DNA from: Planctomycetota bacterium
Lineage (GTDB): Bacteria; Planctomycetota; B15-G4
Direction of reading: 5' to 3'
Assembly (NCBI GenBank): GCA_965248575.1
Contig: CBDFJQ010000002.1
Span: forward strand, 1,312,001-1,376,000
DNA: 64,000 bases
Shown here: positions 16,475-25,058 of the stretch, piece after piece
How the letters are laid out: the number at the start of each line of letters is the position of its first letter
Numbering within the stretch: position 1 is the first letter of the stretch
Position numbers and translations under genes: made by a program
The notes under the pieces: generated by a model
Database searches by the model: none
What the model was told of the DNA's origin: nothing
What the model saw: the letters and a program-made list of their open reading frames with translations, nothing else

Positions 16475-17837
16475 CACCAGCTCCCATCACGACGCAGGCA
16501 TCACCGGGGCGCAACAGGCTCGCCACGCGCTCGTCAGCGAGCGGTGCGGGCCCTACCCGACAGACTCGACCTCCTGAATCCGCCGCGAGTGCATCACACA
16601 GGTCGTGCGCGCGTTCTGGATGCGCATCTCGCGCCACGAAGATATCGCACAAGGCCACGTGGTCGAAAGCCCGGAGGGCGATGCGGAACGCGTCGAGAAA
16701 GTCGGCTGTCCTGCTGACCTGATGCGGCTGGAAGACGCCGACGAGCCGTCGACCGGGAAAGCGGGCTCGCATCGCCCTGGCCGCAGCGACCAAGGCCTCC
16801 GGATGGTGTGCGAAATCATCCACCACACGCACCCCCCGCTGCCCTTCGTCGATCCCGAATCCGGAACACTCGCCCAGATCCTCCAGCCGCCGTTCCACGC
16901 CGTGGAAGTTCGCGGCAGACGGCACGAGTTCGGAGAGCGGGACCCCCGTCGAGGAAGCGGCAACCAGCGCGCTTCGCAAGTGGTCCACGTTATGACGCCC
17001 CAGCACCGGGAACCGGAAGGGGTGCTCCTCGCGCCCGTCCCAGAGCACTCCCTCATAGCCGGCGGGGCCCTCTTCAAGGGAGCGCAGCTGGAGGGCCTCC
17101 GACACGCGCGTCACGCGCCCCCTGCATTCAGCACCAGGATCCCACGACCCTGGGACGTCGGGCCCGAGAACAAGCTGTCCCTCGGGGCCCTGCCCGGCGG
17201 CGAACTGGGCAAAGGCGCGCTGCACACCGAGTTCATCGCCGAAGCAGTCGAGGTGGTCCGCAGAGATCCCAGTGATGATCGCCACTTCGTACGTCAGGTT
17301 GAGAAAGGAATGGTCGTACTCGCAGGCTTCCACGCAGAGCAGATCCGAGTCACCCGAGCACCATGCGGCCGCATCCACGGGCCGCCCTCCCACGATCCAT
17401 GAGGGATCGCGTCCAGCCCCACGCAGCAGGTGGGACAGCAGCGCCGTGGCGCTCGTCTTGCCATGAGTCCCTGCGACTGCAAGCCCACGCTGTCCGTGCA
17501 TCAGCCGTCCGAGGGCTTCGCTGTACTTCACGATCGGGATGCCCTGTGCAACAGCCGCTGCCAACTCAGGGTCATCCAGGGGAACCGCCGCCGAGCGAAT
17601 GACCAGCTCGACGCCCGCGGTGCGGTCGATGGCTGAACCAGCCGCCGATCTCACCCCTTCCTTTGCCAACTCCTCCCGGAGCTGGGTGCGATCCGAGCCA
17701 CTGACGTCGTGGCCCCGCGCTGCAAGCAGACAGGCCAGAGGGAGCAACCCGCCTCCATTGACCCCAACGCAGTGGATCCGTCCTGGAAGGCCGTCCATTC
17801 GCAGCGCTGAAGTGGGTCGCGCGTCCGTCGTCGTCAT
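16425..17837 (-). CDS. murC: UDP-N-acetylmuramate--L-alanine ligase
   Basis: VSGSD, AVAGTHGKTS, VEACEYDHSFL, DHLD, GVERRLE, DDFAHHP, VFQPH and MGAGDV. ATGA overlap with the murG stop. Confidence 0.9.
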   Translation of the reverse strand: MTTTDARPTSALRMDGLPGRIHCVGVNGGGLLPLACLLAARGHDVSGSDRTQLREELAKEGVRSAAGSAIDRTAGVELVIRSAAVPLDDPELAAAVAQGIPIVKYSEALGRLMHGQRGLAVAGTHGKTSATALLSHLLRGAGRDPSWIVGGRPVDAAAWCSGDSDLLCVEACEYDHSFLNLTYEVAIITGISADHLDCFGDELGVQRAFAQFAAGQGPEGQLVLGPDVPGSWDPGAECRGRVTRVSEALQLRSLEEGPAGYEGVLWDGREEHPFRFPVLGRHNVDHLRSALVAASSTGVPLSELVPSAANFHGVERRLEDLGECSGFGIDEGQRGVRVVDDFAHHPEALVAAARAMRARFPGRRLVGVFQPHQVSRTADFLDAFRIALRAFDHVALCDIFVARDAHPERAHDLCDALAADSGGRVCRVGPAPLADERVASLLRPGDACVVMGAGDVDGLARRLAGRAARS

Positions 17838-18901
17838 GGCTGGCGGTGCCCCGCAGAACCCACCACCTGAGCCACCTCTCTCGCTGCATCGGGGCGAGCC
17901 AGGCTGCGCGCTCGCTGCGCCATGTCCGGCAAGTGGTCCAGCATGCTCGCCAGGATCTTGACGGCCGTGCGCGTACCAGCTGGGTCTGCGGCGGCCACCA
18001 TGCGCGCGGCTCCCGCGTCGACGAGGGGCTGGCCGTTCCACGCCTGATGGCGATCCGCATGATGCGGGTACGGAATCAGCAGCGCAGGTGTTCCGGTGCA
18101 GGCCAGCTCCGCCGTAGTGCCAGCCCCGGAGCGACAGACGGCCACGTCGGCCAGGCTCCAGGCTGCAGCCATGTCCGAAACAAACGGAATGCAGGCCACG
18201 GGCACAGCCCCGTGGGGCCCCTGCGCCGCGACGGATCCCTGTTGCGGTCCCACCACATGCAGGATCTGCCAGGGCTCGTCGCGCTCGGAGAGCTCGACGC
18301 GGAAGCCTGGCACGAGCTCGTTCAGATCACGTGCCCCCTGGCTTCCGCCGGTGATGAGCAAGGTGAGACGATCCGGATCCAGGCCGAAGACCTCGGCTGC
18401 ATCCCGACGGGAGCAGTCGCCTAGGGACGGCGTCGGCACCCCGGTGACTCTCGTCGAACGGCGCCCGCGGGGCATGGCGGGCCCATCCACTGCGAGGCAA
18501 GCGTGGTCGACACGGCGGGCGAGCAAGCGCTGGACTTTTCCCGGCCGGGCATTGGACTCGATCAGCACCGTGGGACGGGAACCGAGCCGGGACCAAACGG
18601 TTGGCAAGGCGACCCAACCACCCAGCACCACCACCACGTCCGGATCGAAACGACTCAACTCCTTGCGCAGCGTGCGCGTGGCGCGCAACCAGGAACCCAG
18701 GCGATGCAGCCCCGGCCGGCCCCCTCCGCCACCAAACAACGTGCGACTTTCGAACCCGCGAGGTTCAAGCATGGCCTGCTCGACACGGCGGCCAGCCACG
18801 AGAAAGAGGGACTCGTGTCCCGCAGCCCGGAGCACTTCCGCAACACCGATCCCGGGGGCGAGGTGCCCGCCGGTGCCACCGCCTACAAAGGCGACTCTCA
18901 C
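17834..18901 (-). CDS. murG: Lipid II N-acetylglucosaminyltransferase
   Basis: GGGTGGHLAPG, ESNARPG, GGSQGA, CRSGAGTTAEL and HQAWN. Confidence 0.95.
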   Translation of the reverse strand: MRVAFVGGGTGGHLAPGIGVAEVLRAAGHESLFLVAGRRVEQAMLEPRGFESRTLFGGGGGRPGLHRLGSWLRATRTLRKELSRFDPDVVVVLGGWVALPTVWSRLGSRPTVLIESNARPGKVQRLLARRVDHACLAVDGPAMPRGRRSTRVTGVPTPSLGDCSRRDAAEVFGLDPDRLTLLITGGSQGARDLNELVPGFRVELSERDEPWQILHVVGPQQGSVAAQGPHGAVPVACIPFVSDMAAAWSLADVAVCRSGAGTTAELACTGTPALLIPYPHHADRHQAWNGQPLVDAGAARMVAAADPAGTRTAVKILASMLDHLPDMAQRARSLARPDAAREVAQVVGSAGHRQP

Positions 18902-19770
18902 CGGCCCGCAACTGGGACGGAAAGCACCATGCCGATCTTCAGGTCGTCAGGGCTGTCGAGCACGCCGCGATTGGCGGCGTAGAGATCGTCCACCAGGCGA
19001 GCACTGCCCAAGAGCTTCTGGGCGATCTGGCCCAGCGTGTCGCCCTGCTTGACCGTGTAGGAGGAGGCGCTCACCTTCGTCTTGGAGCCGGTGCCCGAGG
19101 CGGTCTTCCGAGCGTTCGGCGCGCCCGGTTTCGTACCAGGTGTCGAACCAGGTTTCGTGCCCTGGTCGCGAACCGCAGCCGGCGAGGCAGCAGCCACGAA
19201 GACCTCGTCGCCGGGTCGCATCTTGACGGGATCCAGCTTGGGATTCAGCCGCAGGATCTCCTTCCAGCGCGTCGTCGTACCGTAGTAGATCTTGGAGATG
19301 TGCATCAGGGTCTCGCCCTTGGCGACGACATGCACAGCGGAACCGTCCGCATTCTTGGCCCGGGAGCCGAGCGAAGTCCGGTCTCCTGGATAACGCAGTG
19401 GCGGCTCGGTGAAGTCGAAAGCCCCCACGCCATCCGCCGGAGAGCGCACCCGGTAGTGGGCCGCCCGCTGCTCGGGCCCTGTCGAACCCTGTCCGGCGAG
19501 CTGGGCGGCCTCCGAAGCGTCGCTACCGCGGAAGGTGTCCAACAGCGAATCCGTCAGCGAGCGCTGCCGTTCCCGGTTCTTGCCGTCCCCGCGGCCGCCA
19601 CCCGCAGGAACGCCTGCCGTGAGGGGCACGTCGGATGCGGAGCGGATGATGACTGCCTGCCTCAACCCTCCCGGATGTTCCTCCTCGGCTGGCTCGTAGA
19701 ACAGGATCAGGCCTAGCACCCCCAGCACGAAGACCAGGGCGAAGACACCGTATTTCTCAACATCAGACAT
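18898..19770 (-). CDS. Single-pass membrane protein with two LysM peptidoglycan-binding domains
   Basis: N-terminal TM (YGVFALVFVLGVLGLILF); LysM1 HVVAKGETLMHISKIYYG..WKEILRLN..MRPGDEVFV; LysM2 YTVKQGDTLGQIAQKLLG..LYAAN..LKIGMVLSVP. Confidence 0.9.
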   Translation of the reverse strand: MSDVEKYGVFALVFVLGVLGLILFYEPAEEEHPGGLRQAVIIRSASDVPLTAGVPAGGGRGDGKNRERQRSLTDSLLDTFRGSDASEAAQLAGQGSTGPEQRAAHYRVRSPADGVGAFDFTEPPLRYPGDRTSLGSRAKNADGSAVHVVAKGETLMHISKIYYGTTTRWKEILRLNPKLDPVKMRPGDEVFVAAASPAAVRDQGTKPGSTPGTKPGAPNARKTASGTGSKTKVSASSYTVKQGDTLGQIAQKLLGSARLVDDLYAANRGVLDSPDDLKIGMVLSVPVAGR

Positions 19771-19794
19771 AGAAGGACTCCCCGCGCAACCCAG

Positions 19795-20955
19795 TCAGCC
19801 TCTATTCGAAGCGGGTTGGGAACCGACGCGTTTGAACTGCGAACCACCGACTGGATCTTCCTCCGGCCAGCGGGCCAAACCAAGAAACAATCCCAGAGAG
19901 ATCGAGAGCATCAACACCGAGGTGCCACCCGCGCTCACGAGCGGCAACGGAAGGCCCTTGGGTGGCGCCACCGCCGTGACGACGGCGATGTTGAGCAGGG
20001 CCTGGACCAGGATCTGGAACAGCAAGCCTGAACCGACTACCAGGCCGAACAGGGTGCGCATGCCCAAAAGCAAACGCACTCCGTGCCAAAGAAGCATGCC
20101 GTACAACGAAACCAGCAACAGCACACCAAAGAACCCGAGCTCTTCGCCCACGACGGACAGGATGAAGTCGTTCTCGGCCTCAGGCACATAGCCCCATTTG
20201 CCCAGTCCAGCCCCCACCCCCACGCCGGTCCACCCTCCTCGCCCCAGAGCCGTGAGGCTCTGCCAGACCTGGCTGCCTGTCTCCGGATCCCGGAAGTTGG
20301 CGAAGCGCTTGCTGATGTGGGCGAAGTGCTCCCAGCCGTAGGCCAAGGCCGTCCCCAGGCCCAGCATGAAGCTGACCACGAGATGCTTCGGCTGCGCACC
20401 TCCGACCCAAAGCACGACCACGCCCATGAACAACAGGTAGACCGTCGAACCGAAGTCGGGCTCCATGAGCACGAGCACAGCCGGGAGGCCGGCCAGGATC
20501 GACGGCACCAGGATCCCGGTCCTGTATCCGCGCATGCCTTCTCGGCAGCGCGCAGCCCAGGCGCCGATCACCAGGATCACTGCAACTCGCGCAAACTCGG
20601 AGGGCTGGAAGTTGAGCATGCCGAGGTCCAGCCAGCGCTGCGCCCCCTTCACGGTGATGCCCACCACGAGCACCGCGCTCAGGAGCCCCAGCGCGGCCAA
20701 CCAGGCCGGCAGCGCCGCCAAGAACATCCATTTGGGTTTCACGCGGGTCGCCAACACGAAGGCAACCAGGGCCACCGCCACCTTCAGCAGATGCGAGGTC
20801 AGCATCACCAGCTGCTCGCCGCGCTGAGATTCCTGCACCGACGAGGCAGAGGCCACCATCACGATGCCGAAACCAAGCAGCCCCAACATGGCCACCACCA
20901 GCCAACGGCTGCTCGAGAGCATGGTTTCGCGGGAGGTGTAGCTCAGGCTCTGCAT
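19795..20955 (-). CDS. ftsW: SEDS-family peptidoglycan glycosyltransferase FtsW
   Basis: GAQRWL, FQPSEFAR, EPDFGS, GGWTGVGVG, PEAENDFILSVVGEELG and PPKGLPLPLVSAGGTS; dcw position. Confidence 0.92.
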   Translation of the reverse strand: MQSLSYTSRETMLSSSRWLVVAMLGLLGFGIVMVASASSVQESQRGEQLVMLTSHLLKVAVALVAFVLATRVKPKWMFLAALPAWLAALGLLSAVLVVGITVKGAQRWLDLGMLNFQPSEFARVAVILVIGAWAARCREGMRGYRTGILVPSILAGLPAVLVLMEPDFGSTVYLLFMGVVVLWVGGAQPKHLVVSFMLGLGTALAYGWEHFAHISKRFANFRDPETGSQVWQSLTALGRGGWTGVGVGAGLGKWGYVPEAENDFILSVVGEELGFFGVLLLVSLYGMLLWHGVRLLLGMRTLFGLVVGSGLLFQILVQALLNIAVVTAVAPPKGLPLPLVSAGGTSVLMLSISLGLFLGLARWPEEDPVGGSQFKRVGSQPASNRG

Positions 20956-20981
20956 GGGTTCGGTCGCCGACTCACTCCCAG

Positions 20982-22097
20982 CTAGACAACGGCCAGACTT
21001 GCGAAGCCGGCTGCAGCACACAGCACGGCCATGATCCAGAAACGGATGACGATGCGCGTCTCAGGGACTCCTTGGAACTGAAGGTGATGGTGGTAGGGCG
21101 CACAGCGGAACATGCGCTTGCCGCCGGTCAACTTGAACGTGCCCACCTGCAGGATCACGGAGAGGGCCTCCCAGACGAACACGCCGCCAATGATGACCAG
21201 CACCAGTTCGAGCTTGAGCACCACGGCGACGTAGCCCAGCAGGCTGCCCAGGGGCAACGAACCCGTGTCGCCCATGTAGACCATGGCAGGCGCTGCGTTG
21301 AACCACAGGAAGCCCAGGGTCGCGCCCACCATGGACGTGCAGAAGACGGTCATCTCCTGGCTGCGGGGCACGTACAGCAGGTCGAGCTCCAGGGTCTCGG
21401 CACGACCGACCGCCACGGCCAGTACGCCCATGGAGAGCGCCGCAACGACCATCGACCCCGGAGCCAGTCCGTCCATGCCGTCCGTCAGGTTCACGGCATT
21501 GCTGGTGCCGGTCACCACGAGCATCACCAGCAGCATGTGGGGAAAGCCGCCCCAACCCGACAGCGGCAGGACCTGGCCTTCGGTGAAGGGGATCCGCAAG
21601 GCGAGCAACTCCGGGATGCCTTGCTCCTGGAAGATGCGCGTGATGACGAAGGCGAGGCTCGCAGCGACCAGGGCTTGCAGCGTGTACTTGCTTGCGGCCT
21701 GCAGCCCCTTGCGTCCCGGGTGCGTGAGCTTGATCCAGTCGTCGATGAACCCGATGAAGCCGTAACCCAGGGTGGAGAGGATCGCCAGCATCACGTAGGA
21801 GTTGGTGAGGTCGCCGAACAGCACACCGGACACCAGTACCGCCATGACGATCATCACGCCCCCCATGGTGGGCGTCGGTGCCTTCTTGGCGTTGATCTTG
21901 TTGAGCGTCTCGCTCTCGGTGTCGACCTGCTTCTCGATCCATTGCTTGCGCTGCAGGGCGCGGATCAACGGTGGGCCCAACAGCAGCGCCACCACGAATG
22001 CCAGCACGGCGCCCAGGGCTGAACGAACCGCCAGCGAACTCAGGTTCCCCAGGGGCCCCCACAGTTCACGCAGCTCGTCCAGGAAATGAAGGATCAT
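20982..22097 (-). CDS. mraY: Phospho-N-acetylmuramoyl-pentapeptide transferase
   Basis: TPTMGG, GFIDD, SNAVNLTDGMDGLA, FLWFN, MGDTGSL and APYHHH. Confidence 0.97.
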   Translation of the reverse strand: MILHFLDELRELWGPLGNLSSLAVRSALGAVLAFVVALLLGPPLIRALQRKQWIEKQVDTESETLNKINAKKAPTPTMGGVMIVMAVLVSGVLFGDLTNSYVMLAILSTLGYGFIGFIDDWIKLTHPGRKGLQAASKYTLQALVAASLAFVITRIFQEQGIPELLALRIPFTEGQVLPLSGWGGFPHMLLVMLVVTGTSNAVNLTDGMDGLAPGSMVVAALSMGVLAVAVGRAETLELDLLYVPRSQEMTVFCTSMVGATLGFLWFNAAPAMVYMGDTGSLPLGSLLGYVAVVLKLELVLVIIGGVFVWEALSVILQVGTFKLTGGKRMFRCAPYHHHLQFQGVPETRIVIRFWIMAVLCAAAGFASLAVV

Positions 22098-23479
22098 GAC
22101 ACTGCGGTGGCTTCGGTGTTGAGGTCACGGACCAAGGCGTCGAGGGCCATCCCACGGGAGCCCTTGACCAACACGACATCACCGGGAACCAGCGCGCGCT
22201 CGAGCACCTCCACGGCGCAGTCTCGATCGCTGCAGGCCACGCAGGAGTCTGCGTCGACGCCGGATTCGATGGCCCCCTGAACGATGTCCTTGGCGTGGAT
22301 GCCCACGGCCACGAGCAGCTCGGGGCCTGCGGCAGCAAGAGTCCGGCCCGCGGCCCGATGAAGGCTCGCGGCGCGCGGCCCGAGCTCCAGCATGTCCCCC
22401 ACCACGAACACGCGACGCCCCCCGAGGCCCACTTCGTTGAGGGTGGCGGCCGCCGCCGCCAGCGACCCCGGGTTGGCGTTGTAGCTGTCGTCCAGCACGG
22501 TCAGCTTGCCCAGCTTGCGCAGCTGCAAGCGTCCGGGCGGAGGCGGAACCGTTGCGAGGGCTTCTGCGGCCCGCACCGGGTCGACGCCCGACAGGCGCGC
22601 CACGGCCAGGGCCGCCAACGCGTTGAGCACCGAGTGCCGCCCGAGGTGTGCCAACTGCACGACACGTCCATCATTCACGCGGAAACTCGTCCCATTGGCC
22701 GCGCAACGCACATCCAAGGCATGCAAATCCGCAGCGGGGTCGACGCCGAAGCTGATCACCTCGCCCGGTGCCCGCTCTCGCAAGCTGTCGAAGCTGGGGT
22801 CATCCCGGTTCAGCACGGCCGCCTTGCGACCTGTGAGCCCATCCAGGAGCGAACTCTTTTCCTTCAGGACACCCTCGAGATCGTGCAGGCCAGCCAGGTG
22901 CCCTGCATGGACGTTCGTGATCACCGCCACCTCGGGCTTCACCAACTTGGCCAGCTGGCGGATCTCACCCGGCGCATTGCTGCCCACCTCCACCACGACG
23001 GCTTCGGTCTTGGGTTCGATGTCCAGCAGGGTGATCGGCACGCCGATGGCGTTGTTGAAGCTCTGACGGGAGGCAACCGTTCGCCGATCGCATCCCAGGG
23101 CGGCAGCCGTGAGGTCCTTGGTTCCGGTCTTGCCGTTGGTCCCCGTCACCGCCACCACCAGGGGGTCCTTGTGGTCCTTGGCCCTTACGCGAATGGCGCG
23201 CCCCAGCTGCCCGAAGGCCTTCAAGGTGTCCTTGACCACGATGGCTGGTTGGACCGCCAGTTTCTTGCGATGCACGAGGACGGCAACGGCGCCTGAGCGC
23301 ATCGCCTGCTCTGCGTACTCATGGCCGTCGAATCGATCGCCTACGAGGCACACGAAGAGGTCGCCAGCCTGAACGTGCCGGCTGTCGGTCACGACCCGCT
23401 TCACCTTCAGGCTTGCCCGACCGCCCTCGCGACGACCCTTCAGCATGCTGCACAGCGTGTCGAGGCTCAGAGTTTCCAC
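22094..23479 (-). CDS. murF: UDP-MurNAc-tripeptide--D-Ala-D-Ala ligase
   Basis: TDSR, FDGH, VTGTNGKT, FNNAIGVP, DDSYNANP, GDMLELG and VKGSRGM. GTG start after GGGAG. Confidence 0.95.
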   Translation of the reverse strand: METLSLDTLCSMLKGRREGGRASLKVKRVVTDSRHVQAGDLFVCLVGDRFDGHEYAEQAMRSGAVAVLVHRKKLAVQPAIVVKDTLKAFGQLGRAIRVRAKDHKDPLVVAVTGTNGKTGTKDLTAAALGCDRRTVASRQSFNNAIGVPITLLDIEPKTEAVVVEVGSNAPGEIRQLAKLVKPEVAVITNVHAGHLAGLHDLEGVLKEKSSLLDGLTGRKAAVLNRDDPSFDSLRERAPGEVISFGVDPAADLHALDVRCAANGTSFRVNDGRVVQLAHLGRHSVLNALAALAVARLSGVDPVRAAEALATVPPPPGRLQLRKLGKLTVLDDSYNANPGSLAAAAATLNEVGLGGRRVFVVGDMLELGPRAASLHRAAGRTLAAAGPELLVAVGIHAKDIVQGAIESGVDADSCVACSDRDCAVEVLERALVPGDVVLVKGSRGMALDALVRDLNTEATAVS

Positions 23480-25017
23480 AGTGTCTCCCGTACGACCTGA
23501 CAATCATCGAATGCCAACACCTGTTCACCCACCGTCTGGGTGGTCTCGTGGCCCTTCCCGGCGACCAGCACGATGTCGCCGCCTCGTGCTGCTGTGCAGG
23601 CAGCCTCGATGGCTTCACGCCGATCCACCAGACTCGCCAGCTCTGCCGTCGACGCTGCGGGCACACCGGCGACCACCTGCTCGACGATCCCTGCAGGGGG
23701 CTCCGAGCGAGGGTTGTCCGAAGTCACGAAGAGCGAATCGGCCCAGCGCGCAGCGGCCGCCCCCATCAACGGGCGCTTGCCGACGTCCCGGTCGCCCCCG
23801 CAGCCGAAGACGACGTGCAGCTTGCCCCTGGTGAGGTTTCGCAACTGCGCCAAGACCTTGTCGAGCGCGTCGGGTGTGTGGGCGTAGTCGACGAAAACCC
23901 GGAAGTCCTGTCCGCACTCCACCGGTTCCAGTCGACCGGGAACCGGTTCCATGCTCGTCAGGCCGGTGCGGATCGCCGTCGGCGACAGGCCCAGCGCCAG
24001 GGCCGCAGCGGCGGCCGCCAAGGCGTTGGACACGTTGTGCTTGCCCACGAGCCGCGTGTTGAGCGGCAACACGAGATCGCGCGCGGGGTCCACGAGCCGG
24101 AAGGCTGCCCCGTGTGCGTCCGCGCGATCCATGATCGCGCGCATGCGTGCGCCTTCACCAAAGCCGAACCGAACCACCGAGGCTGCCGTGCGCTCGGCAA
24201 GCGTCGGCGTCCAGCTGTCCTCGGCGTTCAGGATGGCGGTTGCCTCTGGGCCCAGCCCGTCGAACAGACGCGCCTTGGCGTGGCCGTAGGCATCCATGTC
24301 GCCGTGGTAGTCCAGGTGGTCCTGGCTCAGATTGGTGAACACCCCGACGTCGAACTCCACGCCGCGCACGCGATGCTGCATGAGAGCATGGGAGCTCACC
24401 TCCATCACGACGGAGGAGAGATTCTCATCGACCATCTGCGCCATCAGACGCTGCACTTCCAGGGCATCAGGTGTCGTGTTGGCCAGCGCTTCGTAACGTT
24501 TGCCAACCCACGCGCCCAGGGTGCCGATCAGCCCGCTGTCGCGCCCGTCCATCGTGAGCATCGCGCGCAACATGCAGGCCACGGTCGTCTTGCCGTTGGT
24601 CCCGGTGATCCCCACCACATCGAGGCGGCGACTGGGATGACGGTAGAACTCGGCAGCGACGAGAGCCTTGGCCAGGGGGACGTCAGACGCGCCGACGAAG
24701 CCGACCCCCGCCGGCAATTCCGGCCGGTGGGCAGCCAGCACGGCGGCGGCACCCCGCTCCACGGCCTGGGCCACGTGGCTGAGCCCATCGTCCATGCCCT
24801 GGGCGGTCACACCCACGGCTCCTCTCACTGCACCCGGCACTGCACCCGGCACTGCACTAGGCGTCGCCACGAACAGGTCGCCCTTGCGGGTGGTCCTGCT
24901 GTCGGACGACAGACCGCTGACCACACAGTCGGGACCGCTGACCGAGACGTCCGGCAGGACGCCCAGCAGAGGCTGAGCCAGTTGATGGAGGGGGAGGCGA
25001 TTCACGCTGTGCTTCAT
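23467..25017 (-). CDS. murE: UDP-MurNAc-L-Ala-D-Glu--meso-diaminopimelate ligase
   Basis: GITGTNGKTT, NTTP, MEVSSH, NLSQDHLDYH, VDYAHTPD, FGCGGDRD, DAP-type DNPR motif and AGKGHE. Start ATG 25017 or GTG 25053. Confidence 0.96.
   Translation of the reverse strand: MKHSVNRLPLHQLAQPLLGVLPDVSVSGPDCVVSGLSSDSRTTRKGDLFVATPSAVPGAVPGAVRGAVGVTAQGMDDGLSHVAQAVERGAAAVLAAHRPELPAGVGFVGASDVPLAKALVAAEFYRHPSRRLDVVGITGTNGKTTVACMLRAMLTMDGRDSGLIGTLGAWVGKRYEALANTTPDALEVQRLMAQMVDENLSSVVMEVSSHALMQHRVRGVEFDVGVFTNLSQDHLDYHGDMDAYGHAKARLFDGLGPEATAILNAEDSWTPTLAERTAASVVRFGFGEGARMRAIMDRADAHGAAFRLVDPARDLVLPLNTRLVGKHNVSNALAAAAAALALGLSPTAIRTGLTSMEPVPGRLEPVECGQDFRVFVDYAHTPDALDKVLAQLRNLTRGKLHVVFGCGGDRDVGKRPLMGAAAARWADSLFVTSDNPRSEPPAGIVEQVVAGVPAASTAELASLVDRREAIEAACTAARGGDIVLVAGKGHETTQTVGEQVLAFDDCQVVRETLWKL
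24826..24857. repeat. 12-bp tandem repeat within murE (cactgcacccgg, ~2.7 copies) encoding AVPG repeats
   Basis: cactgcacccgg cactgcacccgg cactgcac. Confidence 0.8.
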
Positions 25018-25058
25018 TAGGCGGCGAAAAATCGCCGAATCAAGGGTCCGCACAGGTC

